Shown piece after piece: positions 54,101-63,100 of a stretch of 64,000 bases of DNA. This DNA is from Sphyrna mokarran (lineage: Eukaryota). The notes beneath the pieces were generated by a model that saw only the letters and a list, made by a program, of their open reading frames with translations, had not been told where the DNA came from and searched no databases. The translations under genes and the position numbers were made by a program. Each line of letters opens with the position of its first letter. Within the stretch, counting starts at the first letter, position 1. The stretch covers positions 99,634,001-99,698,000 of the forward strand of contig JAGIQG010000009.1 of the NCBI GenBank assembly GCA_024679065.1, given 5' to 3'.

Positions 54101-57100
54101 GGTGTCTGTGGAATCGGTTGTAGCCCCCAGTTTCAAAATCGAATTAGATCATATTCGGAAAACAGAAATTAAGTGCTATGGGATTAAAAAAAAACTCATT
54201 ACACAAATTTGTCGCAGCCACGACGGGTCAAGTGCCTGCTTGAATGCTCAAACTATTCTGTGAAGCCACATTTAAACTAAAGTGCTTGCGATGATGATGT
54301 TAGGCAAGAACAGATATCACACAGTTTGGTTGAATATTATGCTGGACAGCACAATAAGCCTTAAAGAGAGTAGTTTGAAATAGTATCATATTGCTGGCAA
54401 GATTTTTCTTATGTGGCACCGTCTCTCTAGCTAACTGTTACACCATTAATAGTGTTTTCTGTGCTCTTGCCTTATCTATGTTTTGTATCTGTGATTGTCA
54501 CGTAAGATGTGCATTTTGTAGAATCTCTGACTGTCTTCTGTAGACCTTAATATAACTCTATATTGAACGTATTTAATTTCGCCCCCCAGGTCCGGAAATA
54601 AATATTGCTACGTCTGTCGATATTTGGTACAAACAAAACTGCCACGTAATTTGGCTTCTACAAGAGAGCCGTCCAATCACATCGATCCTTTCAGGAGATT
54701 GTCAGAGAACAGAATTCTGTTTATGCCTTTAAATCAATTTTACTCACTCACCTACAATATTATACATCAACACTTCATGAAATAAAACTATGAATTCTCA
54801 AAGTATATTACCTTTCAATTGTTTCACCTTATCCGCTGATAAATCGGAAGTAAATATAGCATGTAAGTCTTTTTATAGAACAGGGAATCATGATGTGTTA
54901 TGACAATCTTCTATGCTACTTAGTTGTTTGGATTTGTGCGATGGTTCAAATCAGAGAACATTGAGGTTCCTCAATTCCACAAAAGAAAACAACCCACTAG
55001 CAGAAACCGTTTATGGAAAGGAAAGGGAAAAAAAAATATCGGTGACCTGGGCAATTCCCCCTCCCCACTCCACGAAAAGAATAGCATTTTAAATAGCCTC
55101 AAGTTATTCATAGCCAACATGTTTCGCATTTTTCGATGCAATTCAACGTGACCCTTTACTATCGCAATTACCATTATGCTGTCAATAATTCGGATTGAGG
55201 AATGGATATTGAAAACTCCACCTGCTGTGTGAGATACATTGAAGGTTGTGCTGAATGTCTTCTTGCAACGGCAACCCCCATCTTTACGACGTAAACGGAA
55301 AGAAACAATACCTGCCATGTCCACATAAAACAAATCATAGGATACTTTACCGAGTTGTTTTCGACATTTTATCACCTCTGAATTAAAAGGAGAGCGACAG
55401 ATAAATTGTGAGATTCATCGATTTGAAAGAATGCTAAAACACAGCAGGTAATAACAGAAAATGAACAATAAATTCGGCTGCCCTTGAAGCATCTGATTAG
55501 CCAGGAATATGTTGGGTTTTTCGAATCGGTATCACTCATCTTCAGGACTGAAGACGGTTAAGTACTTCTCGTTCTCGTGCTACAGGTAATGGAGACACAT
55601 TTCCCTTGTCAACCTATTCGAAACATCGTATATTTGTATACAATTTCACTCATTTGGCGTTGTGCAAAAAAGAACAAACCCAGAAACTTCAAGCAAATTT
55701 TCAAGTAAGCACATGAATTCCTGGAACATTTTTTTTGTAAATCTTAGAAACTTCTTAAGTGTACTCAGCGATACGAATACAATGCTCTGTTTGTGGGTTC
55801 AGTAACAAGTTACGAAGGTTCCGTAATGCTGCGTTTGGACCGTATGGGCAGCTCTTAATGCTTCTCAGTCTTTCTGGGAATAAGTCAGGGGTGTCCACAT
55901 TGGGGCAAGACATTTTGAGCTCTGCCGCTTTCCAATTCAATCAATTAAGGCCAGTTCAAGAAAAGTCATAGTGAGCTCTCTTTTTCTGATTGGACCGCAT
56001 GCACTCAGATGTAGGATATTCACAACTGCCCAAGAGGTTGAGGGGGGAATTGTCAGCAAACCACTCAGCTGCTCTCCCGAAAACTCAACATCGACAGGAT
56101 ACTGCCACAAGCTCGAGCTGTAGGAAGGTTTTCTGCATATTGTTCCAGGGATGAGGCACGTGGAAGGAATAGAAACGCAAGGTCACTTTTAGAAAAATAC
56201 AAGGTAGGGGGGGGAGGTGGATTTGAATATGGTCGTCATAAGCATGATAAGTTTTGCCAGCATAGATTAAGGAAAAAAAATACAAATATGTCTGACAAAA
56301 ATAACAGAAGAAGCTGATTTTCGACGACTGACAAAGAGGACAAACAAAACGAGTTGGTGGGGGTGGGGGGTGGGGGAGGAAAACTATTATGCGTTGATTT
56401 GAAACGCAATAACAAAGCTTTTGCTGCCGAGTTATACAGTGCAATGTTTAAAAATAAAATTGGACAAGCTTCTGAAGTGATCGAAAAGGGTCTTTAAGGC
56501 TGAACGGGAAAAGGCAAGTTTTGGAACTGAGTTGCAGAAAGATGATATGGAAAACAGCGTTTCATGACCCGTTGAACGTTTCGAAAATTCTATTATACTA
56601 TTAGAATAGCTTAACATTTGCAGACCTCGCAGATCAATAGGAATCAATCTGACCATTTTCAATGCTTACATTCTGTTGGGAGATAAACGTAATTGAACAG
56701 AAAAAAACAATGCAAGCATAGGTATACATCATCTGAAAAATCAGCGACCTACTTACACACTCAAAACAATTCCCTTTGGACTTCCTACAAGAGATTTCCC
56801 CGCTCCGCTCGCTGGGCTTTTCTGAGCAGAAAACGTCGTACCATGAGGTTCCACTTGCAATCCAAAGTAATAGTCATGATGGTATGCAATGGGACACAGA
56901 AAGGCTTCGAAATGATGCCAGATTGCTGGAACAAAATTGCACCATTCGTAATAAAAAAAAAAGGAATCCACTTCTCACCGCTATCTTCTGGTACTCTCTT
57001 GACTCTTACGTTTCCTGAATGCATAAAGGAAAGCAAGTGTTCTTTCATCCATACGTTTTTGATGACGCACAAGACTTCTCCGACATCCTGCATCAAATTT

Positions 57101-60100
57101 TGCAAGCATGATGCAAACATAGAACATAGAACATTACAGCACAGAACAGGCCCTTCGGCCTTTGATGTTGCGCCGACCAATATAAAAAGCAATGCCCCTC
57201 CAAACTAAACCATTCCCTTCTCTTCCATATACTTCTCAACTAACCTCTTAAACGCCACCAAACTTGGCGCATCTACAACTGCTGCAGGCAGGGCATTCCA
57301 CTCCCGAACCACCCTTTGGGTAAGAACCTACCTCTGATATCCGTCCTATAACTATCACCCCTTAATTTAAAGCTGTGTCCCCTCGTGCTAGCTTTCTCCA
57401 TCCTAGGAAAAAGGCTATCACTGTCCACGCTATCTAAACCTCTAATCATCTTATATGTTTCGATTAGGTCCCCTCTTAGCCGCCTCCTTTCTACGAAAAC
57501 AACCTCAAATCCCTCAGCCTCTCTTCATAAGACCTGCCCTCCATACCAGGCAACATCCTGGTAAACCTCCTCTGTACCCTCTCCAATGCCTCCACATCTT
57601 TCTTATACTGTGGGGACCAGAACTGCACACAATACTCCAAGTGCGGCCGCACTAAAGTTTTGTACAGTTGCAACATGACGTTGCGGCTCCGAAATTCAAT
57701 CCCCCTACCAATAAAAGCTAAGACTCCATATGCCTTCTTAACAACCTTCTCGACTTGACTGCCTACCTTCAGGGATCTATGCACATACACACCAAGATCC
57801 CTCTGTTCATCAAGACTACTAAGAATCCTACCATTAGCCTATACTCTACACATTTATTATTCCTGCCATAGTGCATTACCTCACACTTTTCCACATTAAA
57901 CTCTATTTGCCACCTCTCGGCCCAGCTCTGCAACTTGTCCAAGTCTCTCTGCAAACTATAACACCCCTCTTCACTATCTACCACTCCACCGACTTTAGTG
58001 TCATCTGCAAATTTACTAATCCATCCTTCCATACCCTCATCCAGATCATTTATAAAAATTACAAACAGCAGGGGCCCCAAAACAGACCCCTGAGGTACAC
58101 CACTTGTCACCGAACTCCACGATGAATATCTCCCATCAACTATCACCCTCTGTCTTCTATCTGCTAGCCAATTCCTAATCGAATTAGCTAAATCACCCTC
58201 TATCCCATACATCTGCATTTTCTGCAGAAGTCTTCCATGGGCCACCTTATCAAACGCCTTACGAAAGTCCATATATACCACATCAACCGCCTTACCCCCA
58301 TCCACCTCTTTAGTCACTTTTTCAAAAAACCCAATGAGGTTAGTAAGGCACGACCTACCCTTCACAAAACCATGCTGACTATCCCCAATCAATTCATTTC
58401 TCTCTAAATAACTATAAATCCTATCCCTAATAATTCTCTCCAATACTTTGCCCACAACAGAATTAAGACTCACTGGCCTATAATTCCCTGGAAGGTCTCT
58501 CTTCCCCTTCTTGAACAATGGGACCACATTCGCTATCCTCCAGTCCTCCGGAACCACACCCGTAACCAACGACGACCTGAAGATCAGAGCCAGATGCTCT
58601 GCAATCGCCTCTCTTGCCTCCCAGAGAATCCTAGGGTAAATCCCGTCCGGCCCAGGGGACTTATCTAACTTCAAACCCTCAAGAATATCTAGCACATCCT
58701 CCCTATCTACTTCAATATTTTCCAGTTTGCAACCCTGTACCTCAGTGTTCTCCATAACTACATTTACATCACCCTGCGTGAATACCGAAGAGAAATATTT
58801 ATTCAGTGCCTCGCCAATCTCTTCAGGCTCCACGCACAACTTCCCACTGCTGTCTATGACTGGCCCTAATCTTGTCCTAACCAATCTTCTATTCTTAACA
58901 TATCTAAAGAAAGCTTTAGGATTCTCCTGAATCCTATCAGCCAAAGTCTTCTCGTGTCCCCTCTTAGCTCTCCTCAATTCACTCTTTTGCTCCCTCCTGG
59001 CTAATCTATAGCTATCCATTGCACTAACTGAGCCTTCAAGCCTCATCCTGACATAAGTCTCCTTTTCCCTTTTAAGCAGCAAATCAACTTTTTTCGTACA
59101 CCAAGGTTCTCTTACTCGAACCATTTCCTCCTTGCCTGACAGGGACATACTTATCAAGGACTCACAGCAGCTCCTCCTTGAATAAGCTCCACATTCCAGA
59201 TGTTCCCAGTCCCTGTAGTTTCCTAATCCAATCTATGCACCCTAATTCTCTCCTGATGGCCTCATAATTACTCTTCCCCCAGCTATAACTACTGCCCCCA
59301 GCTTCATGCCTATCCCTATCCATCACTAATGTGAACGTAGCCGAATTGCGGTCACTATCACCAAAATGTTCACTAACTTCCAAGCCTAACACATGGTCAC
59401 GCTCATTGCCCAGCACCAAATCCAATGTAGCCTCACCTCTAGTTGGCCTATCTACATACTGAGTCAAAAAACCTTCCTGCACACTTTGTGTGAAAACTGA
59501 CCCCTCTAACGAGCTAGAGCTATAGCTATTCCAGTCAATATTAGTAAAGTTAAAGTCCCCCATAACAATTACCCTATTACTTTCACTCCTGACCAGAATT
59601 GACTTGGCAATCCTTTCCTCAACCTCTCTAGAACTTTTAAGAGGTCTATAAAAGACTCCCAACAGGGTGACCTCTCCTTTCCTGTTTCTAATCTCAGTCC
59701 ATACTACCTCAACAGACAAGTCCTCATCAAACTTCTTTTCTGTCACTGTGATACAGTCTTTGACTAATAATGCCACTCCTCCCCCACCTTCTACCTCCTT
59801 CTCTACTCCGACTAAAGCATTTGAACCCCGGAACCTGCAACATCCATTCTTGTCCCTGCTCTACCCACGTCTCTGAAATGGCCACAACATCGAAGTTCCA
59901 GGTACTGGTCCAAGCTGCAAGTTCCTCCCCCTTATTGCGAATACTCCTTGCATTAAAGTAAATGCATTTCAAACATGCCCTACCCCACCCGTATGCTGCT
60001 GTGTTTTACGGCTTTCCTCTATGACCCCCTTACTCTCATCCCTCTTAGCACCCCAACTATTCAGAATCCCACCCCCCCCCGAATCAGTTTAAAGCCCCCT

Positions 60101-63100
60101 GCATAGCCTTAGCAAATTTTCCCCCCAAGATATTAGTTCCCCTCTGGTTCAGGTGTAGACCACCTCTCTTATAGAGGTCCCACCTATCCCAGAATGAGTC
60201 CCAATTGTTCAGGAACCTGAACCCCTCCCTCCTGCACCATCCCCGCAACCACGAGTTCAAACATTCCCTCTCTCTATTCTTCTCCAAACTATCCCTTGGC
60301 ACAGGCAAAAGTCCAGAGATAACCACTCTGCCAGTTTTGGCCCTAAGCTTCCACCCCAACTCCATAAATTTCTGTTTAATATCCCTTTCCCTCGTCCTTC
60401 CTATATCATGTGTCCCTACGTGAACTATGACTTGGGGCTGACTCCCCTGTCCCTTAAGAATCTTAAAAACCCGATCTGCGACATCCTGGACCCCAGCCCC
60501 TGGGAGGCAACACACCAGCCCTGAGTCACTTTTATTACTATTTACTCTCCTATCTGTCCCTCTAACTATGGAGTCTCCAATTACTAGGCCCAATCTCTTA
60601 TTCCCCCTACCCACCTGAGCATTCTCAGCAGGCTCACCCCCAGAGGCCGGCTCCCTTTGGTCATCTCCAGTTGATTCTTCCTCAACTGTAGCCTCCAAGA
60701 CAGAAAATTTGTTTTGGAGGGGAACAGCCCCAGGGGATTGTCTACCCGATTGCTTCTTACCCCTCCTCCTAATGGTTACCCAAGAATCACTTTTAGGAGT
60801 GACTATCTCGTTGTTACTCCTGCCAATATCCTCCTCAACCTCTCGAATTATCCTGAGTTCCTCTAATTCCAGCTCCAGCTCCTTAACACGATCCTCAAGG
60901 AGCTGCAAATGTGCACACTTCCTGAAGGTGTAATCAGCAGGAACACTACTGGTGTCCCTCACCTCGTACATACCGCAGGATGTGCAACGTACTGCCTGCG
61001 CTGCCATCCCTGATACGTTAATTTCCAGGAGAGAGAAAAAAAAACTTTCCACACACTTTTATTCTTAGGTTAGAGGAGGGGGGAGGGTGGGATTCTCTAC
61101 ATGTGTAGAGTATCGGGTTTCCTCTCTCTACCAATTTATAGAGACAGAGAAAACTACAACTACCGGCAGCCTCCTAATGACAAACGGTAGGCATGGCTAT
61201 TTGTTAGGGATTTCAATGCCTCATTCAAATTGGATTGCAGTTGCTGTACATTGGTAGTACTGTTATTGTTACAATGAACATAAATTGGTAAGTCGAAACG
61301 CTGGTGCTTTCTAATTATGCCTTCCCAATAAATTAGTCCTAACTTCCCAAATTCCTGCTAAAAACGAAATCTATTGTGCCAGCTCAAAAGTGAATTGTAC
61401 AGCTGGAATAAATTGTTCTCTTCTATGCACTGTAGCAGAGGTACCTTTATGCTTGTGGTGTAAAGCTAATTGGATCAGATTGTCCTGTCATGAATGCTAG
61501 TTTCAGCTAATCCCAGTTTTTCTATTTGTTTGACCATGTATGCTAGCCAGTTGACTGCCCCAGAAAAACAATGGTTGTCCATGGTGCAACAAGACTGCGT
61601 TAATGCAGAATTCTTAATTTTATTTTTACCATAATAATTTGACTATTTTAAGGTGCCTTATGAGAATTCACAATGTGCCTAGGACAAAATATGCAAAGGT
61701 ATCATGAAATGCAAATTAACCATGTATTATTTTATAAGCTTTTACTTTCAATATATATGTATTGCGCATCTGTGTCAACTTCTGTTTGTATGCAGCATTA
61801 TGGGAAACACAACGGAGACAGACCAAATTCTTTTTTCATAAAATGGAACACAGAAAATCAGCTTCTCTTATCTGTTTTTGGATACACGAAAAATTGTTTA
61901 AATCATAGGCCTGTTATTTAAGGGACTAAATTCGTCTATGAGTAGCGAGGCTGGAGCAGTCTATCAAGCTGATAAAGGAAGCCCAGATTCCAGTGAAAGA
62001 TGTTCACAGATAGCCTTGTACACTGGGAATGACTTGGGTTAGATTTCCTAGGTAAAGTGGAAAGAACTTACATGAGTAATAAGCTAATAATTTATTTTTC
62101 CTGTTGACAGGTGGAACGTTATTGGTTAAGGTAATATATTTGAATATTGTGATTGAGTCCTCCAGTCTGATTGACAAGACTAGGTGGGATATTGAAATAT
62201 TCAGAATAAATTCATAATTTGTATTGAACTATATTATCTCAGAGTAAACAGTTTATCCTCATTGATTGCGTTTCTCTCCTGATGCAAACATCAGCAAATA
62301 AAATGATTTTCGTTCTTAAACTATATACGTTTTTTGACTTCCACGTATTGGTTTAATGAACCTCAACAAGCACAGAGAACCGCAGGGGACATCTCAGAAA
62401 ATTCCTCTTGTACTTTTTGTGCACTGCAAGCAGTGGTACCTTCATCACCTGCCTATGGTCTAATAATAACAGCATCAGATTGCTACGTCATGAATAGTAT
62501 TTGTTGCCAATCCCATTTTTTTCACTTGTTTAATATTGTAAGTTAGCACGTTTGCGGCCCCAGGAAAATATTGTCGTCCATGGCGTAACAAGACAGCATA
62601 AACACATGTCGTATGCTTTTGAGTTTTGTAGTGATGACAGACAAAAATCACGTCATTGCATTAGTTGGGAAACGCTCTTAATATAGGCTTGTCTCGGAAT
62701 CCATGTTAAAAAAGTGATATATTCGAAGCATATTATGGGCAAATAGATAAGTATTAACTGCCCTCCAGAATGTGGGAAAACTGGATGCCTGGCTGCAAGA
62801 AGTAAATGCATATTAGTATAGAACAAATGCCTGCAATTTAGTGCTTTTGGTAATCTGACGAGTTTAATTAATGCACAATTAGTGGTGCAGGGGCATATAT
62901 TCTGTCATCGTCTGATTAAAATTTGATAACAATAAAAAAAAGGCTGCTGTTGTTTTACATCCTTAGATTAATCAGAACATATAACATCGAAAACCTTACT
63001 AAGACTCTTTGTATCAATCGAAACAAATTTTCCACAACAGTATATACACATGATTTTCTAATTAATTCCAACAGTGAGGTTTAATCCCATAACGACTGTA

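Larger units (their letters stand above)
57116..61172 (-). mobile_element. Near full-length CR1 LINE (~4.05 kb)
   Basis: 5' UTR, ORF1, EN-RT ORF2, 3' UTR and (TTCTATG)n tail (plus strand aacatagaacatagaaca). Confidence 0.96.

Noticed and set aside
54752-54772. 21-nt phase-1 candidate exon VLMYNIV
   Set aside because: Weak gaag acceptor and only a 39-nt intron from exon 54812
54971-55375. 134-aa ORF with an IgC-like GGVFNIHSSIRI stretch
   Set aside because: No properly spaced Cys/Trp; it is read-through of microexon 55351-55377 into the intron
42567-56793. Non-symmetric minus-strand exon candidates (26 nt at ~42570, 53 nt at ~47470, 17 nt at ~50270, 28 nt at ~56760)
   Set aside because: They would shift the frame and no confident compensating partner was established; listed to disclose the selection applied
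57105-61186. Target-site duplication for the full-length CR1 (atgcaaac / atgacaaac)
   Set aside because: Too short and imperfect to call
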